A stretch of 47,388 nt of DNA from an uncultured Planctomycetaceae bacterium (GTDB taxonomy: Bacteria > Planctomycetota > Planctomycetia > Pirellulales > UBA1268). Location of the stretch: positions 1 to 47,388 of the forward strand of contig CAIKWU010000569.1 of assembly GCA_903831155.1 (NCBI GenBank). Direction: 5' to 3'. The notes beneath the pieces are model-generated. The model was given only the letters and a program-made list of their open reading frames with translations, was not told where the DNA came from and did no database searches. Shown here in pieces: positions 9,810-18,602 of the stretch. The position numbers were made by a program, and so were the translations under genes. Each line of letters begins with the position of its first letter. The first letter of the stretch is position 1.

Positions 9810-9888
9810 CCGCACCCGGCTCGCGGTGGCGACGGCAACGAGCCACTCCAGGCACCGATCGACCCGCCCAGCGCGGAGCGGCCGCCGG

Positions 9889-10356
9889 CTACGTCACGAT
9901 GCCCTGCTGGATGTCGCGGAGATACCGCTGCCGCATCTGGGCCAGCAGCATGCTGAGGTAGCCGTTGGCCCCCAGCGAGAGAAAGAGGGCGATGAGGCTG
10001 CCGATCAGCCATCCCCAGGGCCGCTCGCCGGTCAGGGCGGCCTTGCTCGTGGTCGAGCCTTCGGCGATGCGGGTCGACGTGAGATCGATCTGCCGGGCGC
10101 GGCCCGGCTTCCGCGAAGCCTCGAGCACCACCCGCTCCACGGCGGGCGGCCAGGCGTCGCCCACGAAGATCCGCACGCGGCGGACATCGCGGGCGTCGGC
10201 CGGCAGGTCGCTGGTGAACTGGTAGGGGCTGGCGCTCTTCACGAGATCGGGCTCGAGCCGCACGAGGTAGTCACCGCCGACGTCGTCGGTCGGCACGTAC
10301 GCGGCCTCGATTCCGGTCGCCAGCAGGGCCGCCAGGGCCAGCACCACGTCGAGCAT
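9889..10356 (-). CDS. hypothetical membrane protein (signal peptide/anchor plus C-terminal TM helix)
   Basis: Internal ATG at 10356 (MLDVVLALAALLATG...) preceded by AAAGGA. A C-terminal hydrophobic helix reads WGWLIGSLIALFLSLGANGYL. The gene lies 64 nt downstream of the AI-2E transporter gene on the same strand. Confidence 0.55.
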   Translation of the reverse strand: MLDVVLALAALLATGIEAAYVPTDDVGGDYLVRLEPDLVKSASPYQFTSDLPADARDVRRVRIFVGDAWPPAVERVVLEASRKPGRARQIDLTSTRIAEGSTTSKAALTGERPWGWLIGSLIALFLSLGANGYLSMLLAQMRQRYLRDIQQGIVT

Positions 10357-10420
10357 CTTCGATCCTTTCTTGCCGAAACTGCGGAACGATCCGCCACGAT
10401 TCCACCCTCGCGCCCCCCGG

Positions 10421-11542
10421 CTATGCAAGCCCGGTCGGCGGGAGATCCCCCGGATCCCGCTGCCGGCGGGGCCGGGACGGCCTCCTCGCCCCCCCCGCCC
10501 CCTTGGCCGCGGCGTCGTCGGAGAGGCTGTCGAGCTCCGCCTGGAGCATGGTGAGAGCCGCCTGCAGAAAGGCCACGGCGATCGGTCCCACGAAGATCCC
10601 GATCGGCCCCACGGCCCCCACGCCGCCGAGCACGCTCAGCAGCGCCAGCAGCGGATGGAGCTTCGACTGACCGTGGAGCACCAGCGGCTTCACGATGTTG
10701 TCGGCCGTCGAGACCACGCACAGCCCCCAGAGGGCGAGGCCGGCCGCGGCCCAGGTGTTCTTCTCGAAGATCAGGAGCCAGAGGCTGGCCGCCCCCCAGA
10801 CGATCGCCGCGCCGGCCAACGGCACGAGCGCGCCGAAGAAGGTCAGCAGCGAGAGCAGGAACACCTTCCCGAGGCCGGCGACGTAGAAGCCCATGCCCGC
10901 CAGCACGGCCTGCACCACCGCCGCCAGCAGGATCGAACTGACGACGGCGCGGCTGATCTCCTCGAACTCCTCCAGCAGCTGCCACTGGTAGCGGCGGTCG
11001 AGCGGCACCAGCCGCGTGACCCCCTCGAGCATCCGCACGCCGTCGGCGAAGAAGTAGAACAGGCTCACGATCGTGACCACCGTGCCGAGCAGCACCTTGC
11101 CGACCACGGCCGGGGCCCGCGCCGCGATCGGGCCGCCCCAGTCCTCGAGGAGCCGCCGGATCTCCGCGTTCACGCCGTCGGAGGTGAGTTGCATGCCCGT
11201 GGCGTCGTTGAACCACGCCACGAGCCCGTCGAGCACGTGAGGGTCGAGCCGAAATCCCTCGGGCCGCTTGAGGATCGCCGCCGCCTCGCCGCCGGCCCGG
11301 AACAGCAAGAGCGACACCGGCGCCAGCACGATCAGCACCACCAGGAGCGTGCTGACCGCGGCGGCGGCCCAGTCGGGCCAGCCCGTGCGGGCGCGGATCC
11401 AGCGGTGCATCGGGCCGAAGATGACCACGAGCATCGCCGCCAGCAGCATGGGCAGCAGGAACCCCGACAGCACCCGCAGCGAGAGGAAGCCGAAGATGGC
11501 CACCAGCCCGAGGATCACACCGAAGGAAACGAGGCGGGTCAT
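10421..11542 (-). CDS. AI-2E family transporter (PerM/YhhT-like permease, UPF0118)
   Basis: This is the C-terminal 373 aa of track ORF 10421-14227, starting at the ATG at 11542 (MTRLVSFGVILGL...). It is a multi-TM protein with the family-typical LLSLLTFFGALVPLAGAAIVW and VSTADNIVKPLVL segments. The upstream part of the track ORF is antisense junk. Confidence 0.85.
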   Translation of the reverse strand: MTRLVSFGVILGLVAIFGFLSLRVLSGFLLPMLLAAMLVVIFGPMHRWIRARTGWPDWAAAAVSTLLVVLIVLAPVSLLLFRAGGEAAAILKRPEGFRLDPHVLDGLVAWFNDATGMQLTSDGVNAEIRRLLEDWGGPIAARAPAVVGKVLLGTVVTIVSLFYFFADGVRMLEGVTRLVPLDRRYQWQLLEEFEEISRAVVSSILLAAVVQAVLAGMGFYVAGLGKVFLLSLLTFFGALVPLAGAAIVWGAASLWLLIFEKNTWAAAGLALWGLCVVSTADNIVKPLVLHGQSKLHPLLALLSVLGGVGAVGPIGIFVGPIAVAFLQAALTMLQAELDSLSDDAAAKGAGGARRPSRPRRQRDPGDLPPTGLA

Positions 11543-11722
11543 GCGGACGTGAGGATCCCGGGGAGCCACGGGCCAACCGGTGGCGAGTGTACCCCGAACC
11601 GCAGCCCCGGGGGCTCGCGGCACCGCCTCGCGGGCTGCCCGGCAGGCGGGTTCCGCGCAGCAGTGTTGGCCCCCCGCGAGGTATCCTTGCGGCCCGTCAT
11701 CCCGCCCAGGAATCCCCGCCGC

Positions 11723-13957
11723 ATGAGCCCGCCGGACGTGTCCCTCGTGGTGCCGGTCCGCGACGAGGCCGGCAACATCGGGCCGCTCGTCACCGAGATC
11801 CGGCAGCGGCTCGACGCCGCGGGGCTCTCCTGGGAACTGTTCATCATCGACGACGGATCGACCGACTCCTCGTGGCAGGAGATCGTCGAGGCCGCGGCGA
11901 CGGACGACCGCGTCCGCGGCGAGCGGCACGAAGCCGGCCGGGGCAAGTCGGCCGCCCTGATGACCGGGTTCCGCCACACGCGGGGCGGAGTGGTCGTGAT
12001 GCTCGACGGCGACGGCCAGGACGACCCGGCCGAGATCCCCGGGATGGTCGCGAGGCTCGCCGCCGATCCCGCCCTCGGCCTCGTCAACGGCTGGAAGACG
12101 CCGCGGCTCGACCCGTGGCACAAGACGCTGCCGTCGCGGGTGTTCAACCTCCTCGTCGGCCAGGTGACGGGCATCCACCTCCACGACCATAACTGCGGCC
12201 TCAAGGCGATCCGCGGCGACGTGGCCCGCGGCCTGAGGCTGACGACCGACCTGCACCGCTTCATTCCCACCCTCGTGTCGCTCGGCGGGCACGGCGTGGT
12301 CGAGGTGCCGGTGCACCACCGGCCCCGCGTCCGGGGCGTGTCGAAGTACGGCGCATCGCGGTTCTTCCGCGGCCTCGGCGATCTCGCCCGGGTCGCGGCG
12401 ATGATCACGTCGCTGCCCGAGGCGGGCGACGGGCCTGCCCGCCGGAGGCTGCGTCTCGGCGTGTATGGCATCGTCGCCGCCGTCGCCCTCGGGGGCATCG
12501 CCGGCCGGATCGCCGCCGTGGCGAGCGTCGATCGGATCGGGCTGGAGAACCGTCTCGTGGAGGACGCGGTGAGACGGGACGCCGATGCAGGGGGCCCCGT
12601 CGATGCGGCCGCCCTCCGCGCGAGGATCGAGCGGGAGAAACGCCTCGTGCGGCCGTTCCTCTCGGGCAACGACCGCAGCCGTTGGCTCACGGTGCGGGCC
12701 CTCGTCGAGAAGGGCACCTTCGCGATCGAAGGCTTCGTGGTCGAGCCGGGCTGGGACACGATCGACGCGGTCGTGCATCCCGACGCCACCGGCACGCTCC
12801 ACCTCTATTCCAGCAAGCCGCCGCTCCTCTCCGTGATCGCCGCCGCGCCGTACTGGCTGCTCCACCGGCTCACGGGCTGGACGCTCGGCGACCACCCCTT
12901 CGAACTCGGCCGCCTGCTCGTCGCGATCTGCTGTGGGGGATCGTTCGCCGTCTTTCTCGCCTTCAGCTTCCGCACGATCGAGTCGCTCGGCACGTCCGAC
13001 TGGGGCCGGCTCTGGACGGCGGCCCTCGCCGCCTGCGGCACGCTCCTCACCACCTTCGCGGTCGTGCTCACCAATCATCTTCCGGCGGCGGCAGCGACGG
13101 CGGTGAGCCTCTGGGCCGTGCTCGCCGTCCGCGGTGAATCGCGGGGCTCGTGGGCCGCGTACGCCACGGCGGGCCTCGCCGCCGCCCTCGCCGCCGCCTT
13201 CGAACTTCCCGCGCTCGCCTGGCTCGTGGCGGTGCTCGTGCTTCTCGGGCGGCACGATCTCCGACGCACGCTGACCGCAGCCCTGCCGGCGGCGGCGCTG
13301 GTCGCGGCCGCCGCGCTGGCGACGAATCACCTCGCGCACGGCACGGTGGTGCCGCCCTACGCGCAGCGGGCCGAGCCGATCCGGGCCGCGAAGGTCGCGG
13401 CCGCCGAGGAATCGTGGAATCCCGACAACTGGTACGACTTCGCCATCCGGCTGCCGAACGGGCGGTTGCTGGAGAGCTACTGGCGGTTGCCCAGGGGCGT
13501 CGATCTCGGCGAGCCGTCGCGGGCGGCCTACGCGTGGCACGCGCTCGTCGGCCATCACGGCATGCTGTCGCTCACTCCCGCCTGGCTGCTCGTGGTTCCC
13601 GGGCTCGCGCTCGTGGCCGCCGGGCGGCGGAGACGAGCCGGAACCCGCGACCTCGCCGCGGCGATCGCCGCCGTGTCGGTGATCGTGATCGCGTTCTACC
13701 TGACCCGCCCCCAGGCCGACCGCAACTATGGCGGCATGACGAGCGGCTTCCGCTGGGTGTTCTGGATGGCGCCGCTCTGGCTGGCCGCCGTCGCCCCGGC
13801 CGCCGACATCCTCGGCCGCACGCGGTCGGGCCGAATCCTCGCCGGCCTGCTGCTCGCGGCGTCGGTCTTCTCGGCGGCCTATCCGACGTGGAATCCCTGG
13901 ACGCGGCCGTGGATCGAGCAGGCGCTGCGGCACGCCGGCGCGATGGCGGGTCCGTGA
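11723..13957 (+). CDS. fusion protein: N-terminal GT2 polyprenol-phosphate glycosyltransferase (DPM1/ArnC-like) plus C-terminal multi-TM GT-C-like (ArnT/PMT-like) domain
   Basis: ATG at 11723, in frame with track ORF 10370-13957. The GT2 motifs are VSLVVPVRDEAGNI, FIIDDGSTD and MLDGDGQDD. After about 250 aa come a TM helix, a soluble loop ending in YSSKPPLLSVIAAAPYW (a KPPL-type GT-C motif), and then about 10 more hydrophobic helices. Confidence 0.8.
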   Translation: MSPPDVSLVVPVRDEAGNIGPLVTEIRQRLDAAGLSWELFIIDDGSTDSSWQEIVEAAATDDRVRGERHEAGRGKSAALMTGFRHTRGGVVVMLDGDGQDDPAEIPGMVARLAADPALGLVNGWKTPRLDPWHKTLPSRVFNLLVGQVTGIHLHDHNCGLKAIRGDVARGLRLTTDLHRFIPTLVSLGGHGVVEVPVHHRPRVRGVSKYGASRFFRGLGDLARVAAMITSLPEAGDGPARRRLRLGVYGIVAAVALGGIAGRIAAVASVDRIGLENRLVEDAVRRDADAGGPVDAAALRARIEREKRLVRPFLSGNDRSRWLTVRALVEKGTFAIEGFVVEPGWDTIDAVVHPDATGTLHLYSSKPPLLSVIAAAPYWLLHRLTGWTLGDHPFELGRLLVAICCGGSFAVFLAFSFRTIESLGTSDWGRLWTAALAACGTLLTTFAVVLTNHLPAAAATAVSLWAVLAVRGESRGSWAAYATAGLAAALAAAFELPALAWLVAVLVLLGRHDLRRTLTAALPAAALVAAAALATNHLAHGTVVPPYAQRAEPIRAAKVAAAEESWNPDNWYDFAIRLPNGRLLESYWRLPRGVDLGEPSRAAYAWHALVGHHGMLSLTPAWLLVVPGLALVAAGRRRRAGTRDLAAAIAAVSVIVIAFYLTRPQADRNYGGMTSGFRWVFWMAPLWLAAVAPAADILGRTRSGRILAGLLLAASVFSAAYPTWNPWTRPWIEQALRHAGAMAGP

Positions 13958-13967
13958 CCACGGGCCG

Positions 13968-14672
13968 TCACGCGGGCCGGGCCCACTCCGGCCAATGGGC
14001 CGGCAGCGGCGCCTCGACCGCGATCCGCTCTCCGCTGTCGGGATCGTCGTAATCGATCCGCCAGGCGTGGAGCAGGATCGGCCGCTCCCGGTCGGCTCCG
14101 GCGCCGAGCGGCGGCCCGCCGTAGAGTTCGTCGCCCACGATCGGCAGCCCGCGGCTGGCCGCCTGAAGCCGGAGCTGGTGCATCCGGCCGGTCTGCGGCT
14201 CCAGCCGCAGCAGCAGTCGCGGGCCATCTGCGGCGGTGCCGCCGAGCCTGCGGACGCTCGTCACGGCCTCGCGGGCTGCCGGCTCGGTGGCGGCGACGAT
14301 CTCGCTGCGCGCCTGCTCGGCGATCTTGCGGAGGTGGTCACGCCATTCGCGATCGCCGTCCGGCGCGGATCCTGCGGCCTCGGCATCCCGAGGCTCCACC
14401 ACGGCGAGGTAGGTCTTGGTGATCTCGCGGCGTTCGAACTGCCGGGAGAGCTTTCGCGCGGCGCGAGGCGTCGCGGCGAAGAGGACCACGCCCGACACGG
14501 CCCGGTCGAGCCGGTGCGGGACGCCGAGGTAGCCGCCCGCCCCCAGTCCGAGCCGGTCCCGTAGCCATCGCTCCACGGAGTCGATGCCCGGCGGGGCCTG
14601 CGTGGCGAGCCCAACCGGCTTGAACAGGGCCACGACGCCCGAGCCTTGACGGAGAATGCCCGGAGAGTTCAT
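13968..14672 (-). CDS. RluA-family pseudouridine synthase
   Basis: Catalytic motif GVPHRLDRAVSGVVLFA, plus the KTYLAVV and HQLR motifs. Start chosen at the internal ATG at 14672 (MNSPGILRQG...). The longer track ORF (to 14807) would run through the AT-rich promoter island of the divergent regulator gene. Confidence 0.85.
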   Translation of the reverse strand: MNSPGILRQGSGVVALFKPVGLATQAPPGIDSVERWLRDRLGLGAGGYLGVPHRLDRAVSGVVLFAATPRAARKLSRQFERREITKTYLAVVEPRDAEAAGSAPDGDREWRDHLRKIAEQARSEIVAATEPAAREAVTSVRRLGGTAADGPRLLLRLEPQTGRMHQLRLQAASRGLPIVGDELYGGPPLGAGADRERPILLHAWRIDYDDPDSGERIAVEAPLPAHWPEWARPA

Positions 14673-14757
14673 GACCACGGCCTGCGCAACAATCCGAAAA
14701 GCACCGCGACGCCTCGACCCTGTCATGTCTAGCGTCGGCCGCCGGGCCGAAGAAAGT

Positions 14758-14783
14758 GTTGACGAAAGAGAATAAAAGTTGAC
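14758..14783 (+). promoter_or_regulatory. direct repeat GTTGAC-N14-GTTGAC in an AT-rich island upstream of the response-regulator gene (candidate promoter or operator)
   Basis: GTTGAC occurs at 14758-14763 and again at 14778-14783, a 20-bp register. Both lie in the lowest-GC stretch of this neighbourhood, 33 nt upstream of the ATG at 16. Read by eye only. Confidence 0.25.
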
Positions 14784-14815
14784 TCGTCCCCCGGGATAGG
14801 TGACCATGCCCCCCC

Positions 14816-15448
14816 ATGGCGATCAAACTCCTCATCGTCGACGATCACGACGTCGTCCGGCACGGCCTGGCGAGTTTGTTCAAGGATTCCGATGTCCGCA
14901 TCTGCGGCGAGGCGAAGACGGCCGACGAGGGAGTCCGCCTCGCCCGCAAGCTGAAGCCCGACGTCGTGCTGCTCGACGTGCTGCTCGGGGTGGGCGACTC
15001 CCTCGACTCGGTGAAGCGGATCCGCTCCGCGACTCCGGACACGCGGGTGGTGATGTTCTCGGCCTTCGACAACCCCACCTACGTGGCGCGTTCCGTGTCC
15101 GGCGGAGCCCACGACTACATCCTCAAGACCGCGACCCGCGCCGAGGTGATCGCCGCGGTGACCGGCGCGGCGCAGGGCGCCACACCGACGCGTTTCGGGG
15201 AGCTCCGCCGGGTGGCCGGCACGATGTCCCGCCGCGAGGCGACGACCGGCGGCGGCGTGCAGCTCACGCCCCGCGAGACACAGGTGCTCCGCCTCGTCGC
15301 GATGGGCCTCTCCAACCAGGAGATCGCCGACTCGCTCGAAATCAGCGTCGAGACGGTGAAGGAGCACGTGCAGAACCTGCTCCGCAAGATCTCGCTCAAC
15401 GACCGCACGCAGGCGGCCGTGTGGGCGCTGCGTCACGGCCTCGCCTGA
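14816..15448 (+). CDS. NarL/LuxR-family response regulator (REC plus HTH_LuxR)
   Basis: REC motifs are LLIVDDHD, the acceptor VVLLDVLL, VVMFSAF and DYILK. The C-terminal segment LTPRETQVLRLVAMGLSNQEIADSLEISVETVKEHVQNLLRKI is a canonical LuxR HTH. Confidence 0.9.
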   Translation: MAIKLLIVDDHDVVRHGLASLFKDSDVRICGEAKTADEGVRLARKLKPDVVLLDVLLGVGDSLDSVKRIRSATPDTRVVMFSAFDNPTYVARSVSGGAHDYILKTATRAEVIAAVTGAAQGATPTRFGELRRVAGTMSRREATTGGGVQLTPRETQVLRLVAMGLSNQEIADSLEISVETVKEHVQNLLRKISLNDRTQAAVWALRHGLA

Positions 15449-15488
15449 ACGCGGCGGCACGCGGGTCCGCGGTGAGGAGGATGCCGCG

Positions 15489-17468
15489 GTGATCGACGAC
15501 AGTGAGTCGCCCGTCGGCCGCCCGCCGTGGGCCTCGGCCGCCGCTGACCGGCACTCGGAGCCCGACACCAGCCGTGGCTCCGGCGAACTCTCCCGCCGCG
15601 AGACCGACTTCGGCCTCGGCGGCGATCCGGGTCTGGCCGACGATCCCCTCGTCGGCACCGACGTGGGCGATGTGCGGATCGAGGCGGTGATCGGCCAGGG
15701 AGGCATGGGGCGGGTCTATCGGGGCCGACAGCGGGCGCCCTCGAGGCCGGTGGCGGTGAAGACGATCCGCCCCGGGCCGCGTTCGGCGGTGGCGCTCGCC
15801 CGTTTCGCGAGGGAGGCCGAGGTCCTCGGCCGCCTCCGACATCCCGGCATCGCCCAGGTCCATTCGGCCGGCACGTTCGACGGCCCTGCCGGTCCCACGC
15901 CCTACTTCGTGATGGAGCTCGTCCCCGACGCCTCCTCGCTGGTCCGCTTCTGCGGGCGGCACGGCCTCTCCATCCGCGACCGCCTGCGGCTCCTCGCCGA
16001 CGTCTGCCGCGCCGTCGCGCACGGCCATGCGGCCGGCGTGGTGCACCGCGATCTCAAGCCGGGCAACATCCTCGTGGGCGGTGACGGACTGCCGAGGGTG
16101 ATCGACTTCGGCGTTGCCAAGCTGGCCGACGACCTCGACGCCGACGCCGCCGTCACCGAGACGGGCCAGTGCGTGGGCACGCGGCAGTACATGAGCCCCG
16201 AGCAGTTCGGTGGCGGCCCCGTCGATGCCCGCAGCGACGTCTACGCGTTCGGCGTGATCCTGCACGAGCTCGTCTCCGGACGGCTGCCGTACGACGTCTC
16301 GAGAATGTCGCTCGTCGACACGGCGCGGATCGTGCGGGAGACGAGGCCGGCGCCGCTCGAGGTTCGCGGGCCGGGGCTCGGTCGCGGGCTCGACGCGATC
16401 GCGGCCGCCTGCCTCGCCAAGTCGCCAGACGGGCGCTACGCCTCCGCGACGGCCCTGGCCGACGATCTCGAGCGGGTGGCCGCCGGCCAGCCGGCGACGG
16501 TGCGGCCGCGCCGGCGTTGGTCGCCCCGGCTCGTGGCCGCGGGGATGGCCGCAGTGGTCCTGGCGGCCCTCGTCGGACTTGCGTCGGTCACCGTCCGTTC
16601 CACGCGGCTCCCCGCGCCGCCGTTCACGGCCGCGTTTCAGAAGGTGTCGAATGGCCGCACCGAGCCGCTCTCCTGGGTGGGCCTGGAGTTTGACGCCGAC
16701 GTCACCACCGTGAGCCCACGAGACTTGCTGCTCACCCGCGACGGCGAGCCCGTGCCGACCGACGCCCTCGTGGTCACCGGCAGCGGCCGCGGCTGGAAGG
16801 TGTCCGGCCTCGAGGCGGTCACGGCGGCCGAGGGCGACTACGAGCTCCGCATCGACGCGTCGGCGACCGGGCTCGTCGCTCGTGACGGCGGCCGGCTCGC
16901 CGCTCCGGCGCGGGTCTCGTGGACGATGCCCCCGTATCGCCGGATCGCGTTCAACCTTCTCGACGACAGCTGGCAGGACCACGTCGTCTCGATGACCGAC
17001 GTGGAGGCCTACACGGAGCGGGTGGCGGGGGCCACGTCGTTCATCCGGCCGACCGTTCCCGGCCGCGAGGGTGCGGCGGTGCTGCGGTTCGATGCCCCGT
17101 TCGAGATCCGCTCGGCCGCGCTGATGGCCGGACTCGCCGTCTGGACGACCGGCGACCCGTTTCCGTACGACCCCGGGGCCCGGGCCGGCCTCGACGTCTC
17201 GGCGGACGGCGAGCGATGGACCACGCTCATCCAACTCGAGGCGGGCCACGGCGGCTTCGACCACACCGTCCACGACGTCGGGTCGGTCGTCGCCGGAGGC
17301 ACGAGCGTGTGGGTGCGGGCCCGGCTCGCCGCGACGAAGGAGTGGCCCCGCGACGGGATGATCTTCGCGCAGTTCCTCCGCACCGACCCGCAGATCCCCG
17401 GCCCGCAGCTGGTGCTCACGATGACCGGCACGCACCCGCCGGTCATCCCGCAGGACGACGCCCGCTGA
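15489..17468 (+). CDS. Hanks-type Ser/Thr protein kinase with one TM helix and a large C-terminal extracytoplasmic domain
   Basis: GQGGMGRVY, VAVKTI, HRDLKPGNILV, DFGVAKL and GTRQYMSPEQ are all intact. The TM helix reads LVAAGMAAVVLAALVGLASV, followed by about 290 aa of unknown sensor domain. GTG start at 15489. Confidence 0.9.
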   Translation: MIDDSESPVGRPPWASAAADRHSEPDTSRGSGELSRRETDFGLGGDPGLADDPLVGTDVGDVRIEAVIGQGGMGRVYRGRQRAPSRPVAVKTIRPGPRSAVALARFAREAEVLGRLRHPGIAQVHSAGTFDGPAGPTPYFVMELVPDASSLVRFCGRHGLSIRDRLRLLADVCRAVAHGHAAGVVHRDLKPGNILVGGDGLPRVIDFGVAKLADDLDADAAVTETGQCVGTRQYMSPEQFGGGPVDARSDVYAFGVILHELVSGRLPYDVSRMSLVDTARIVRETRPAPLEVRGPGLGRGLDAIAAACLAKSPDGRYASATALADDLERVAAGQPATVRPRRRWSPRLVAAGMAAVVLAALVGLASVTVRSTRLPAPPFTAAFQKVSNGRTEPLSWVGLEFDADVTTVSPRDLLLTRDGEPVPTDALVVTGSGRGWKVSGLEAVTAAEGDYELRIDASATGLVARDGGRLAAPARVSWTMPPYRRIAFNLLDDSWQDHVVSMTDVEAYTERVAGATSFIRPTVPGREGAAVLRFDAPFEIRSAALMAGLAVWTTGDPFPYDPGARAGLDVSADGERWTTLIQLEAGHGGFDHTVHDVGSVVAGGTSVWVRARLAATKEWPRDGMIFAQFLRTDPQIPGPQLVLTMTGTHPPVIPQDDAR

Positions 17469-17474
17469 TGCCGC

Positions 17475-18602
17475 TCACGCGGAGCCTTGCGACGGGCCGC
17501 CGGCGATGATCCGCGCACCCGCTGCCGCCCGGGTGAGGAAGCCGCCGACCTCGCCGCCGAGCGCGGCACGGCAGCGAGCGCGGGCGGCCGCGAGCACAGC
17601 GTCCGCCCGCGGGGCCTCGACGACCGCGACGGCCGAACCGCCGAATCCGCCGCCGGTCATCCGGCAGCCATGCACTCCCTCGATGCCGTCGACGGCGGCG
17701 CAGATCAGGTCGAGCTCCCGGCACGAGACCTCGAAGTCGTCCCGGAGCGACGCATGGCTCTCCCGCATCGCGTGGCCGGCCGCCCGCCAGTCGCCCTTCG
17801 CCGCGGCGGCGGCGAAGGCGAGCACGCGGGCGTTCTCGGTGACGACGTGCCGGCAGCGGCGTCGTTCGGGGTCGGGCAGTCGTCGCTCGGCGGCGGGCAG
17901 ATCCGCCGCCGCCCCGTCGCGACGCGCCGCCACTCCCAGCCGTCCCGCGGCCGACTCGCACTCCCGCCGTCGCGCCGCGTAGCCGCCGTCCGCGAGGGCG
18001 TGCTTCACGCCGCTGTCGATCACCATCACGGCGACCGAGTCGGCGAGCGGCACGTGGCGGATCTCGCGGTCGCGGCAGTCGAGGAGCAGCGCGTGGCCTT
18101 CCCGGGCAAGCGTGACCGCGAACTGGTCCATGATTCCGCAGGGGACGCCGGCGAACTCGTGCTCGGCCCGCTGGCAGAGCAGCGCCTTCTCCGCGGGCGG
18201 GAGCGAGCGGCCGCAGAGGGCCTCGAGCGCCGTCGCCATCCCCACCTCGAGCGCCGCGCTGCTGCTCAGGCCTCCGCCCATCGGCAGGTCGGCGGTGATC
18301 GCCGCCTCGAAGCCGGGGATCGTCCAGCCGAGCCGCATGCAGCCCGCCAGCACCCCTTCCGCGTAGCGGCCCCAGTCGCCACGGCCCGCGACCGGCGGGC
18401 TCGCCAGGTCGATCTCGACCGCCGATCCGCCGCGGTCGCTCGTGAGGATCGCCCGCGAGTCGCCGCGTGGCCGCACGGCGATCGTGAGGCCGCGGTCGAT
18501 CGCCAGCGGCAGCACGAGCCCGTCGTTGTAGTCGGTGTGCTCGCCGATCAGGTTCACCCGTCCCGGCGCGAACACGGTGAAGCGGTGCCGGGCGTCGGTC
18601 AC
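17475..18602 (-). CDS. galK: galactokinase
   Basis: Galactokinase signature [15 protein letters not shown] and GHMP motif [14 protein letters not shown]. The GTG start overlaps the stop of the upstream gene (GTGA). Confidence 0.9.
   Translation of the reverse strand: MTDARHRFTVFAPGRVNLIGEHTDYNDGLVLPLAIDRGLTIAVRPRGDSRAILTSDRGGSAVEIDLASPPVAGRGDWGRYAEGVLAGCMRLGWTIPGFEAAITADLPMGGGLSSSAALEVGMATALEALCGRSLPPAEKALLCQRAEHEFAGVPCGIMDQFAVTLAREGHALLLDCRDREIRHVPLADSVAVMVIDSGVKHALADGGYAARRRECESAAGRLGVAARRDGAAADLPAAERRLPDPERRRCRHVVTENARVLAFAAAAAKGDWRAAGHAMRESHASLRDDFEVSCRELDLICAAVDGIEGVHGCRMTGGGFGGSAVAVVEAPRADAVLAAARARCRAALGGEVGGFLTRAAAGARIIAGGPSQGSA

Noticed and set aside
7011-9815. 934-aa minus-strand ORF, and similar giants: 42587-46099 minus (1170 aa), 15396-17435 minus (679 aa), 32943-34205 minus, 3473-4936 plus, 3744-4934 minus.
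   Set aside because: Their composition is dominated by R/P/G/A runs with no recognisable motifs. Each lies antisense or out of frame to a gene with strong family signatures (ATPase, smc, kinase, rsgA). They are shadow ORFs typical of roughly 70% GC DNA.
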